A stretch of DNA of 62,937 bases, taken from Rickettsia typhi (GTDB lineage: Bacteria > Pseudomonadota > Alphaproteobacteria > Rickettsiales > UBA1997). Within the stretch, counting starts at the first letter, position 1. Each line of letters begins with the position of its first letter. Made by a program: the position numbers and the translations under genes. The notes beneath the pieces are model-generated. The model saw only the letters and a program-made list of their open reading frames with translations. It made no database searches and was not told the origin of the DNA. The stretch is taken from positions 1-62,937 of the forward strand of contig CAMAWV010000003.1 in NCBI GenBank assembly GCA_945862075.1, given 5' to 3'. Below are positions 1 to 9,449 of the stretch, in pieces.

Positions 1-3000
1 TGTGGCAGGGGTTGGGGTGTTGTTTGTATTATTGCAAGTATAACTTACAGTAGGTGTTCCGCTATAACCACTAGCACAAATTGCTCCTGTAATTGTTACA
101 GGTGTTGTAGTGTAGCTATAAGTAAAGACACTTGGCAGATTATAGCCAGAGGTTGTAGCAACAGTGCAGGTGTTTATAATACAACCGCCAGGGTCTATGG
201 CAACAATAGTGCCATCTGAATTTTTATTATTGCAGATGTAAACAGCTTGATTATCTCCTCCGTAGCCAGTATAACCAGCTAAACAATGTTGTGAGCCACC
301 GAATAACCACATGTCATCTCCTGCATCGCTATTTCCTGCTCTATTTCCTCCATAAGGAACCATTCCGCCAATTTTAGTATAATCATAGCCAGCAACTCCA
401 GTATTTACAGAACATAGATTTACTTGACAATATGCACTCCAAGTGCCATTTGCTCGGCAAAATGGATGAGATCCACTAGTGCTAGATCCGAAACCTAAAT
501 TGCCATTACAAGTGGCTGTAATTCCATAATTAACTCTTGTGGTAGAATAATCGCTATTGGCAAGAGGGGTGCATGTGTTGATAGTGCAACTACCATTTAC
601 AAGTGCGGTTCCGCCATAAGTAGGGCAGTTGACAGTGATGGTGCCAGTATAACCAGTATCACAAGTAAGAGATTGTCCAGAAGTAAACACTCCAGAAACA
701 GATCCTGTGTATCCTGTAACGGTAGATATACCATTACACACTTTTGGTAAACTCCATTTTGTAGCTAAATAATTTTGTACGCCGTTTATTTGTGCCGCAG
801 TAAGTGCAGTGTTGTAAATTAATATTTCGGCGATGTTGCCTTGGTAATTAGATCTTAATAACAAACTACTTCCAGAATCAATAGTGGCAGTTGTTGTTTG
901 ATTAGGAGTTGATTGATTATGATAAAAATTAATATTTGTGCTGTTGCTACTGATAGCAGTAATATACTTATTGTTAGCGATTAGAGAACAACCACTGCAA
1001 GATGTGGTGTTTATTTTTATTTTACTACCATCAATCAAAATGCCCGCTGATCCTTGTGAGATAATAGTAGAATTAACAACATCTGTTGGTTGATGCACTG
1101 CAATTAATGTATAGGTTGTTGCACCACCTGCTAAAGGTAAATTAGTAGTTGCAGAAAGAGAATTAGCTGCATCAAAACTAATAGCTGGTTTGCCTAAACC
1201 AAATCCGTTGGCATTATAAGTTGGTTGATTTGCTAGTGTTGCTTGAGTTAATTTGCTAGATGCAGTTTTTCCCAAACTAAACCATTCCCCCACTTTATTA
1301 CTAGCATCTTTTATAATAGTATTGTCATTCCTTGCATCTAACCACAGAGAAGGAGCGATATTTAGAGAAGGGTAACAACCTTTTAGCATAAGAGCATTGT
1401 TTTCTCCGTTAAGAGAAGAGCAAGCATATGTTATTTCAAATGATGAATCTTTAAAATAACCAGAAGCACAAGCAATAGCATTTGTCACAAAAAAAGTATC
1501 AATATCAAGAGTGCGTCGTAATGTTGCAGCAGAAGAACCCGGAACTTGATAAGCCGACCATCCTGTTGCAGAATCCACACTTACTACACAATCAGAAAAT
1601 CCAGGACAATATCCAGGAAAACCACTTGCTAATAAATTGTTGCAATCAAGCTTTGCAGATCCTGAATTTTTTTGCAAATCACCTCCTCCTGGACATTTAA
1701 CAATCTTTCTTAAATAATCATAATCGGCATTATCTAAAATATGTCCATCATCTACTAATGTAGCACCAGAGCCAGCAATACCAATGATATCATTACAAGT
1801 TCTACCAGAACCGCCTCCACCCCCTCCAGCCACTGCAAGTTGTAAAATTTTTTTCGAATCTGTTGGATGAGCTAAAGCAATTACACTTACCTCCCCACCA
1901 CCTCCAGCATAACCAAAATTTTTTTTATAAAGAGCATAATCTTCGCTTTCACGATGCGAACCTCCAGCAAAAAATCTGTAAGGATTAACTTCGGTAGAGT
2001 TTTTTCCGCCAGCTCCCACAATAATTTTCAGAGTATAAGTTTCATCACTCTTGTAGCCTGAATGATTTCCGATTGTAAAACCATCCGATTTTTCAATTAT
2101 AAGCAGTGTAGCATCTTTGCCATTATTATTATAAGATGAAATTGCTCCAGACCCAGAAGGGGCTGTAAAAGAATATGCTGCACCACCACCACCACCCACC
2201 ATTGTGATTTTAGCAATTGCATGTGTTGCCGGAATTGTTAAATGATAAATACCTTCATTATTATATTCTAATAATTCTCCATCTAAAAAATTAATAACAA
2301 CTTTACCTTGCTTGCCATTTTCAGGAACAGAGAGCGGTAGTGAGAGCGTTGGTTGATTTACCTTTGAACCACCACAGCCATTATTATCTGTCGGGCAATT
2401 GATAGCTTGGTTAGTTAGGGTTAGAGTTCCACCAGTAAAACAGCTCTCGCAAACTACATTAGAACCATTCTCGCCTTGCGAATTGTAGTTACTTTTTATA
2501 ACTGCGATAGTGGCAAAAGAACGATAAGTAGTAAATATTTTATTGGCAATTTTATTAAAAATAGCATCAACAAATCTATTGCCAGTAAATATAAAATCAA
2601 GTTGTGCTGATTTTGTTTGACCACCGTTTACTGTTTTATCATTACTGCTAGGAGGATAGTTTTTGTTATTATTTACCACTCTTACTGCATTTTTTAATGA
2701 ACAACTATTTTGAGTATTAAACTCCACAAAACCAGATTGAGTAGCGGTAAATAAAATAAAAGGATGAGCGATTATTTTTAAACTATTACACTGAGAAGCA
2801 CTTTCTGTTGTTATATTTAGTGTTGTGTTTGGATATACTATTTGTATATCACTATCTGGTATAACAAAATAGCTTTTATTAGTATCATCGGTAATAGTTC
2901 GTGTAAATTCACATTGCGCAGGAATTATAAACTGCACGTATAAAGGTATTGAAGAGTTCTTATATGGAGAATTAGCATTATTAGATTCTGTTATTAATGA

Positions 3001-5067
3001 TTTTAAACTACTATATAAAAATTTAACAGATTGTCGGCCACTACCTGTAAACACATTTTGCTCTGTAGACGCTCCATAACCACTAAAACCAAGAGCTTCT
3101 GTTGTTGGTGGCGAAACAGCGGCAACAATAACTCTTTTACTATAATTAGCAATTCTCACCTGTTCTGCTTCAGATTTATATGATGTTGTTATTTGATGTT
3201 TAGCACCACCAATTGAAACATAACAACTATTACCTTTGATAATTTGGTTAGAAGTGTCGCAAGCAAAATCTGATTTCGATATTGATGATGTTGGTTGTAT
3301 TTTTATATAGCATAAACTTTGGCACAAATCACTAAGATCTTCATTAATATGAGATATATTTTGTTTTTCTAAATCAGTAAGCGAACGATAGAAATTTAGT
3401 TTATTTTTAACTTCAGAATTAACGGAAGCAATATTTAAAGATACATCTGGTTTATATTGAGTTTGTTGTGTAAAAAGAAAATCCTGCGGTGTTGAGCAAC
3501 TATCATTAAGTAATGAAAAATTATTATAAGCAAGTAAACTTGAAGCAGATGAAGGAACCTTATGACAAAAAGTGGTTGTTGAGCCACCTAAAGTAATATT
3601 ACCAGTTGCTTGAATTTCTATTTTTGAACCAGCCGATATTTGCAAACCGCCACTTGAATTTGGCGAGACTTTTAAAGTAGTAGCTTTCCAAGGTGGCATA
3701 AATTTATCTTCAGAATCAATATTTTCTACCGATGGTATTAAAAAACATTGAACCCCTGCTCTTTCGCAAGTATTTTTTAAATCATTAATCGTTTTTGCAG
3801 GAGATACAGATATATCGTCATAGATAAAAGATTTACTATTAATAATTTCTTTTAATTTAATTTTATATTCAACACCAGAGTTGACTATTTCTAAAATAGA
3901 ATTAGTGCCAAAATGATGTTGGGTATCGGTGTTTATTCTTCTTTCGGCAGTATCAATTCCACCACTTGGCTTGATTTTGATATAATCAAATATCGCTACT
4001 GCCGTCGCACCATTTAATGGCGATTGAGTTGATGACAATGATAATGATGAAAAAATTTTTGTAAATTTATCTTTACTAACAATACTTGATAGGGTAATTA
4101 TGCAAGTAAATTCTGTTCTTCCTGTGTCATAAGTACAGCTATCAAAACTATCTATCAATATTTGTTTTTCTGTAGAATCAAAAACAATTGCTAAAGCTAA
4201 TTTTTTTTTGTTATCAGGGTTTTTTAACTGACCAAAAACCGTTGTTAACTCAGAACCATTATCATTCCACGTAAAAGTGTAAATAGGCTTATCGCGATTG
4301 CTTGCATTGAGACTAGCCTTAAGATTAGTGGTGGCAACAAATAAATTACCATCTAGGTTATGTTTTAAAATAGATGTTCCAGTGTAAGGGTTAAATATAA
4401 TATTTTCAGGTACCGAATCCGAAATACCAACAACAGCGGCTTGATTTTTGATTGGTAATCGGCTTGCAACATGGCTACAAGCCCTCTTTTTTCTGCATCG
4501 CTCAACACAACTCGTTATGCACTGATTTTTAACAGAATCAAGATCTAGATTTAAGGAGGGTGATATCGGGGCTTTTGCCCAAGAAGCTGCATTATAAGCA
4601 AATAAGTAATTAGCCGGAACAATAGGAGAAGTGGTTGAAAAGTTACAGCCCTTATTTTTATATGCCACTGCTTCATCAGGTTTTATGCAACTCAATTCAT
4701 TTATCTGAAGTTCGGGTGATTCGCTATCGTTATTCAAAAAGCGACAATTTCTTATAAAAGCGGCGCCATTAGCTTCTATATAGCCGTCGTAAGATTCTTC
4801 ACAAGATTGGTCGTTTGCTCCATTTAAGCAATAATTTAAATCTTTATTCGAACTAGAAAAACCACTTGCTTCTACTACTCGATAAGAACATTCATCATCT
4901 ACATTAGTGGGAGATCTAAAAGATAATACATCAAATCTTTCGATATCTTCAAAACCAAAATCATCTGCTTCAATACAAACGCCCTTTCTGTTATCACAAG
5001 CACACAAAACAAAAAGGCAAGCAAGTAAAAATATTTTTAATGAGTGAGTTTTAATATTATAAAACAA
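1..5067 (-). CDS. Giant predicted surface lipoprotein, partial (C-terminus beyond left window edge); poly-Gly domain, LamG-like domain, Cys-bounded Sushi/CCP-like modules
   Basis: The minus-strand frame in register with base 1 has no stop from 5085 to 1. I read every plus-strand triplet and none is TTA/CTA/TCA. An in-frame TAA lies at 5088-5086. TTG at 5067 gives MFYNIKTHSLKIFLLACLFVLCAC/D, a signal peptide plus lipobox-like LCAC. It is missing from the ORF track because no stop lies inside the window. Confidence 0.8.
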   Translation of the reverse strand, partial: MFYNIKTHSLKIFLLACLFVLCACDNRKGVCIEADDFGFEDIERFDVLSFRSPTNVDDECSYRVVEASGFSSSNKDLNYCLNGANDQSCEESYDGYIEANGAAFIRNCRFLNNDSESPELQINELSCIKPDEAVAYKNKGCNFSTTSPIVPANYLFAYNAASWAKAPISPSLNLDLDSVKNQCITSCVERCRKKRACSHVASRLPIKNQAAVVGISDSVPENIIFNPYTGTSILKHNLDGNLFVATTNLKASLNASNRDKPIYTFTWNDNGSELTTVFGQLKNPDNKKKLALAIVFDSTEKQILIDSFDSCTYDTGRTEFTCIITLSSIVSKDKFTKIFSSLSLSSTQSPLNGATAVAIFDYIKIKPSGGIDTAERRINTDTQHHFGTNSILEIVNSGVEYKIKLKEIINSKSFIYDDISVSPAKTINDLKNTCERAGVQCFLIPSVENIDSEDKFMPPWKATTLKVSPNSSGGLQISAGSKIEIQATGNITLGGSTTTFCHKVPSSASSLLAYNNFSLLNDSCSTPQDFLFTQQTQYKPDVSLNIASVNSEVKNKLNFYRSLTDLEKQNISHINEDLSDLCQSLCYIKIQPTSSISKSDFACDTSNQIIKGNSCYVSIGGAKHQITTSYKSEAEQVRIANYSKRVIVAAVSPPTTEALGFSGYGASTEQNVFTGSGRQSVKFLYSSLKSLITESNNANSPYKNSSIPLYVQFIIPAQCEFTRTITDDTNKSYFVIPDSDIQIVYPNTTLNITTESASQCNSLKIIAHPFILFTATQSGFVEFNTQNSCSLKNAVRVVNNNKNYPPSSNDKTVNGGQTKSAQLDFIFTGNRFVDAIFNKIANKIFTTYRSFATIAVIKSNYNSQGENGSNVVCESCFTGGTLTLTNQAINCPTDNNGCGGSKVNQPTLSLPLSVPENGKQGKVVINFLDGELLEYNNEGIYHLTIPATHAIAKITMVGGGGGAAYSFTAPSGSGAISSYNNNGKDATLLIIEKSDGFTIGNHSGYKSDETYTLKIIVGAGGKNSTEVNPYRFFAGGSHRESEDYALYKKNFGYAGGGGEVSVIALAHPTDSKKILQLAVAGGGGGGSGRTCNDIIGIAGSGATLVDDGHILDNADYDYLRKIVKCPGGGDLQKNSGSAKLDCNNLLASGFPGYCPGFSDCVVSVDSATGWSAYQVPGSSAATLRRTLDIDTFFVTNAIACASGYFKDSSFEITYACSSLNGENNALMLKGCYPSLNIAPSLWLDARNDNTIIKDASNKVGEWFSLGKTASSKLTQATLANQPTYNANGFGLGKPAISFDAANSLSATTNLPLAGGATTYTLIAVHQPTDVVNSTIISQGSAGILIDGSKIKINTTSCSGCSLIANNKYITAISSNSTNINFYHNQSTPNQTTTATIDSGSSLLLRSNYQGNIAEILIYNTALTAAQINGVQNYLATKWSLPKVCNGISTVTGYTGSVSGVFTSGQSLTCDTGYTGTITVNCPTYGGTALVNGSCTINTCTPLANSDYSTTRVNYGITATCNGNLGFGSSTSGSHPFCRANGTWSAYCQVNLCSVNTGVAGYDYTKIGGMVPYGGNRAGNSDAGDDMWLFGGSQHCLAGYTGYGGDNQAVYICNNKNSDGTIVAIDPGGCIINTCTVATTSGYNLPSVFTYSYTTTPVTITGAICASGYSGTPTVSYTCNNTNNTPTPAT

Positions 5068-5119
5068 GATACCAAAATGATTATATTACAGAGAATGTTT
5101 TTTATCAAGTAATAAAGGA

Positions 5120-5133
5120 ACCGTTGCAACGGT
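5120..5133. repeat. Perfect 14-bp palindrome ACCGTTGCAACGGT between the znuC-like stop and the giant ORF start
   Basis: Read directly; the sequence equals its own reverse complement. It lies 53 nt upstream of the TTG at 5067. Function unknown (operator candidate). Confidence 0.5.
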
Positions 5134-5218
5134 CTTTAAGATTTTATGGTAATTATAAAAAAGTAATTTAGCAAGAAAAATTTTATTATAAAAATGTTAC
5201 ATCTAGAATGATATTTCA

Positions 5219-5968
5219 CTAATTTTCATGTTTATGATAATGAATATGTTGATATAAGGCAATCTCAAGATGCTGTTTTGCTAAATCTACTCCAAATAAA
5301 TTAAGATATTCTGGGTTTTGGCTAATATCTTGCGGACTGCCATGACAACAAATATGCTGATTGATACAAAAAACATGATCTGTTTTTTGCATTACCAAAT
5401 TAAGATCGTGAGAAACTAATAAAATCGAACATTTCCAAGTATTTTTAATATAATTCAACAAATAATAAAATCTATTAATTGCCATAATATCCATAAATTG
5501 AGTTGGCTCATCTAAAACTAACATAGTATTTTGCTTGTTAGTAAACTCTATTTGGCTGGCGATTGCTCTTAATAACATAATTTTTTGCAATTGCCCGCCA
5601 GAAAGTTGCGATAATTGCTTGGTTAATAAATCAAATACTTGCATCTGGTTTATTAAATCAAGGAAGAACTCATCATTTAAAGCTTTTTTATTAGTTAAAT
5701 TTAGTAAATCAAGAGAAGTCATTGGAATATGATAATCTAGATTGATTTTTTGAGGCATGTAACCAAAATGTATTTTTTTTTGCCGAATAATATTGCCAGA
5801 TGTTGGTTTAATAAGATGCAAAATAATTTTTAGCAACGAAGTTTTGCCACCACCATTTGGACCGATAATTGTAGTAATTTGTTCTTGTTTGATATTTAGA
5901 GATATATTATTTAAAATTTTCTGCTTATTTAATTTTAAACTAATATTTTCTAAAGTAAGTAATGTCAT
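5219..5968 (-). CDS. znuC: ABC transporter ATP-binding protein, zinc/manganese (ZnuC-like) type
   Basis: Walker A GPNGGGKTS, signature LSGGQLQK, Walker B LVLDEPTQFMD, His-rich C-terminus HIHYHKHEN. Confidence 0.7.
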   Translation of the reverse strand: MTLLTLENISLKLNKQKILNNISLNIKQEQITTIIGPNGGGKTSLLKIILHLIKPTSGNIIRQKKIHFGYMPQKINLDYHIPMTSLDLLNLTNKKALNDEFFLDLINQMQVFDLLTKQLSQLSGGQLQKIMLLRAIASQIEFTNKQNTMLVLDEPTQFMDIMAINRFYYLLNYIKNTWKCSILLVSHDLNLVMQKTDHVFCINQHICCHGSPQDISQNPEYLNLFGVDLAKQHLEIALYQHIHYHKHEN

Positions 5969-5979
5969 AAATAAATTTT

Positions 5980-6831
5980 CTATTTAAAAATGGAAAATGG
6001 CATTAGAACAATATTATCAATTAATCGCACATTTTCTAAAACGACAGCAATAAAAATTCGAGCTTGTGTTTTGTTGTTTAAAGAAATTTCACTTGGGTTT
6101 ATAAGAGCAAGATCTTGGCTATCACGAATCTCGAGATATTCTATTTTATCAAAACCTTTGTTTAAAAGATGATGAGAAATATCGCTTATATTAGTTGGAT
6201 TTTGCGCTACTTGCAACAAAGCTTTATAAATATTACTAGCAATAAGCAAACCATTTTCTGAAAGTAAAGAATTACGCGAAGAGAGTGCTAAACCATTGTT
6301 ATTTCTTACGGTTGGGCTAGCAATAATTTGCAAATCAAAATTAAAGTATTCTACCATTTGCCTTATAATGGTAAGTTGTTGAAAATCTTTTTCGCCAAAA
6401 ATAGCAAAATTTGGCTTTACAATATTAAAAAGCTTGGCAACAATCAAACAAACTCCTGCAAAATGTTTTGGACGAAACTTGCCACATAAACAATTTTCAA
6501 GGCTTTCCGCAGGCGAAATGGTAAAATGATCTTGATTTGCTGGTAAAATTTCAGAATCACTAGGGGCGAAAACTACATCAACATTTTGCTCTTGTAATAA
6601 TTTTAAATCGGCAGATAAATTTTTTGGATAAGATTGATAATCTTGTAAATTATTAAATTGTTTTTTATTTACAAAAATACTTACCACCACAATTTCAGCT
6701 ATTTCTTTTGCATGTTTTACTAAAGAAAGATGACCAAAATGCAAAGCTCCCATTGTTGGAACCAAGGCGATAGTTTTATCTTGTGTAGCTAAAAAAGTTT
6801 TTAATTGTTTGATAGTGGTAAAAATTAGCAT
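5980..6831 (-). CDS. panC: Pantoate--beta-alanine ligase
   Basis: LVPTMGALHFGHLSLV HIGH-like motif, length 283 aa, FGEKDFQQL motif. Confidence 0.9.
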   Translation of the reverse strand: MLIFTTIKQLKTFLATQDKTIALVPTMGALHFGHLSLVKHAKEIAEIVVVSIFVNKKQFNNLQDYQSYPKNLSADLKLLQEQNVDVVFAPSDSEILPANQDHFTISPAESLENCLCGKFRPKHFAGVCLIVAKLFNIVKPNFAIFGEKDFQQLTIIRQMVEYFNFDLQIIASPTVRNNNGLALSSRNSLLSENGLLIASNIYKALLQVAQNPTNISDISHHLLNKGFDKIEYLEIRDSQDLALINPSEISLNNKTQARIFIAVVLENVRLIDNIVLMPFSIFK

Positions 6832-6836
6832 AGATT

Positions 6837-8021
6837 TTATCTATCGATCTCTCCAAATACAATATCTTGCGTTGAAATTATGGTTACAACATCGGCCAAT
6901 AAATGACCTTTAGTCATGAATTCTAAACCTTGCAAATGTGCAAAACCCGGGGCACGCAAACGGCATCGATATGGTTTACTGGTGCCATCTGCTACTATAT
7001 AAACTCCAAATTCACCTTTTGGAGCTTCGACCGCCGCATAAACTTCGCCAGCAGGAACTTTATAACCTTCGGTGAAAAGTTTAAAATGAGCAATTAAACT
7101 TTCCATTGATTCCTTCATGTTGTGGCGACTTGGAGGAGCAATTTTAGGATCTTGACAAAACACTGCTCCATCGGGCATTTTATTTAGGCATTGCTTAATT
7201 ATTTTTAGAGATTCTCGCATTTCTTGCACTCTAATTAAATAACGATCGTAAGAATCGCCGTTTTTACCAATGGGAATGTCAAAATCTAGCTCGTTATAAA
7301 CCTCATAAGGTTGATTTTTACGCAGATCCCAAGCAATGCCAGAGCCTCTTAACATTGGCCCAGAAAAACCCCAATCAAGCGCCTGCTCTACTGAAACAAC
7401 ACCAATATCAACTAGTCGTTGTTTAAAAATACGGTTATCATTTAGTAAATTTTCGAGATTATCGATTTTTGCTTCGAATTCGCAAATAAAAACGTGTATT
7501 TCGTCAAGCAAACCAATAGGCAAATCAAGAGCCACACCTCCTGGCCTTATGTAGGCTGAGTGCATGCGAGAGCCAGAAACTTTTTCGTAAAAAATCATGA
7601 TTTTTTCTCTTTCTTCAAATAGCCATAAAAGAGGAGTCATGGCACCAACATCGAGAGCTTGAGTGGTAATATTCATGATATGATTTAAAATTCTAGTAAG
7701 CTCTGAAAACAACACTCGAATAAAACTAGCCCTTCTTGGAACTTGGCATTTTAAAAGCTTTTCAACAGCCAAAGCAAAAGCATGCTCTTGACACATTGGC
7801 GAAACATAATCGAGCCTATCAAAATAGGGCACAGCTTGTAAATAAGTTTTGTATTCAATAAGTTTCTCGGTGCCACGATGCAACAAGCCAATGTGAGGAT
7901 CGGCCCTAGTTATAACTTCACCATCAAGCTCAAGTATTAGCCTTAAAACACCATGAGCTGCAGGATGTTGAGGGCCAAAATTAATAGTGATATTTTTAGA
8001 ATTTACTTGATTTTGCAACAT
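6837..8021 (-). CDS. nuoD: NADH-quinone oxidoreductase subunit D
   Basis: [22 protein letters not shown], and C-terminal DIVFGEIDR are canonical NuoD/49-kDa subunit motifs. Confidence 0.95.
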   Translation of the reverse strand: MLQNQVNSKNITINFGPQHPAAHGVLRLILELDGEVITRADPHIGLLHRGTEKLIEYKTYLQAVPYFDRLDYVSPMCQEHAFALAVEKLLKCQVPRRASFIRVLFSELTRILNHIMNITTQALDVGAMTPLLWLFEEREKIMIFYEKVSGSRMHSAYIRPGGVALDLPIGLLDEIHVFICEFEAKIDNLENLLNDNRIFKQRLVDIGVVSVEQALDWGFSGPMLRGSGIAWDLRKNQPYEVYNELDFDIPIGKNGDSYDRYLIRVQEMRESLKIIKQCLNKMPDGAVFCQDPKIAPPSRHNMKESMESLIAHFKLFTEGYKVPAGEVYAAVEAPKGEFGVYIVADGTSKPYRCRLRAPGFAHLQGLEFMTKGHLLADVVTIISTQDIVFGEIDR

Positions 8022-8053
8022 AAATAAAAAGAAAATTTGGTTTTGTTACAAGA

Positions 8054-8072
8054 CTGTTGTTGCAACAGCCCC
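8054..8072. repeat. Hairpin/palindrome CTGTTGTTGCAACAG followed by CCCC; member of the TGCARCAG intergenic motif family
   Basis: 6-bp arms CTGTTG/CAACAG with a 3-nt loop. TGCAACAGCCCC matches TGCAGCAGCCCC at 43683-43694 in 11 of 12 positions. Confidence 0.45.
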
Positions 8073-8215
8073 ACGGTTACTTTAAATATTAGAAATAGTA
8101 TAAATTAGTAGTTATGTTTTTGCAACGATATTATATCTATTTTTATAAGAAATTTATCTCATCTTTACATAACTTATTTAACACAAAGATTTATTGTAGA
8201 TTGCAAAAAATTTGA

Positions 8216-9439
8216 TTATTCGTAAGCAATTGCTAAACTAGAAATTTTAGCAATTAGTTGTGTAACCAAATTTAAATCATTATCATTTTGTTGTAAAAAG
8301 TGTTGTTTTGGCAATTGTAAAACCGATAAAAACTCCGATCCTACCGCATTTAAACTATTACTAGAATTACGACTTTTATTTATTCTTAAAAAACTATCAA
8401 TAATTTTTCCACACATTAAATATAATACTATTTCACTAGGAGCAGAATCAACAAAATCAGCAGTTACAACACCTTCTTGCAAAATAATATTATGATTTTC
8501 TACCGAATTTTTTAGCATATGCATTTTATTTCGTTCTTTTTTATTAATATGCAAAATTTCTTCTGGCTCAAAAACTGGCCACACCGCCATGCCATAAGTG
8601 CCGTTATCGGCTTTTAAATAGCAATAAGGTTGCTCATTGATATTATATTGCTGATATTTCTGCTTAATTTTATCTAACAAAACTTGAGTTTTTTTCGCTA
8701 AATCTTCAAGCCCTAATTTATGTTTAAAATCAATGTTTGTGGCGAAATCGTGATAAGTTGAAAGCAACCAAGCATCGATATTAAGAATTTCGGCAACTTG
8801 TTGAGCTAGTAAATTATAATGATTAAAATGATTATTTTTGCTTCGTTGATACCAACCAAAATTTTGACTAGGTATAATTGGTTGCTTGAGATTAAGAAAT
8901 ATTTTAGGCAAACCAGCAGTAAGATCGTTATTTAAAATCACAAGATTTGGTGTAAAATCAAGAACTGGAATAGTTAAAAAATTATTAACAACGAGTAAAG
9001 GCCAAATTTTAAGCTCTTTTTCTAATGCAAGATTTGGCAAATTGATAGTAAAAATCTGCTCTTGTTCTAATTGCCAGTTTGCCATATAAACTTCACCATA
9101 ACCAGATAGTAAATGCTCCAAAACCGCCAGATTTTCAAGATAATGAATGTTTCTAGAATGATTTTCGGTGATGATTAAAATTTTTGAGTAATGTTGTTGT
9201 TGAGAAAAGAATATATCTAGCATTTTGTTAGCCTCAAGCAAACCCTGCTTGCTTAAATTATTAAAACCAGCTGGAAAACAATTGGCATCGACAGGAGCAA
9301 TTTTAAAACTTGATCGACGAACATCAAGCGAACTATAAAAAATTGCCGGATTATTATGAAATTTTTGTGTAAAAAAATTAAACAAATTATCTTGATTTTT
9401 TCTAATAGCAGAGGCAATAATTTGAATAATATTTGACAT
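8216..9439 (-). CDS. gshA: Glutamate--cysteine ligase, rare GshA (T. ferrooxidans-type) family (tentative)
   Basis: N-terminal FYSSLDVRRSSFKIAPVDANCFPAGFNNL resembles the motif I recall for the minor proteobacterial GshA family. Size is about 400 aa. Confidence 0.5.
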   Translation of the reverse strand: MSNIIQIIASAIRKNQDNLFNFFTQKFHNNPAIFYSSLDVRRSSFKIAPVDANCFPAGFNNLSKQGLLEANKMLDIFFSQQQHYSKILIITENHSRNIHYLENLAVLEHLLSGYGEVYMANWQLEQEQIFTINLPNLALEKELKIWPLLVVNNFLTIPVLDFTPNLVILNNDLTAGLPKIFLNLKQPIIPSQNFGWYQRSKNNHFNHYNLLAQQVAEILNIDAWLLSTYHDFATNIDFKHKLGLEDLAKKTQVLLDKIKQKYQQYNINEQPYCYLKADNGTYGMAVWPVFEPEEILHINKKERNKMHMLKNSVENHNIILQEGVVTADFVDSAPSEIVLYLMCGKIIDSFLRINKSRNSSNSLNAVGSEFLSVLQLPKQHFLQQNDNDLNLVTQLIAKISSLAIAYE

Positions 9440-9449
9440 TTGGCAAATT

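Noticed and set aside
1482-1700. 72-aa + strand ORF, the only ORF the track lists in the first 5.2 kb
   Set aside because: It lies antisense inside the uninterrupted 5-kb minus-strand ORF. It is low-complexity with no motifs, so almost certainly spurious.
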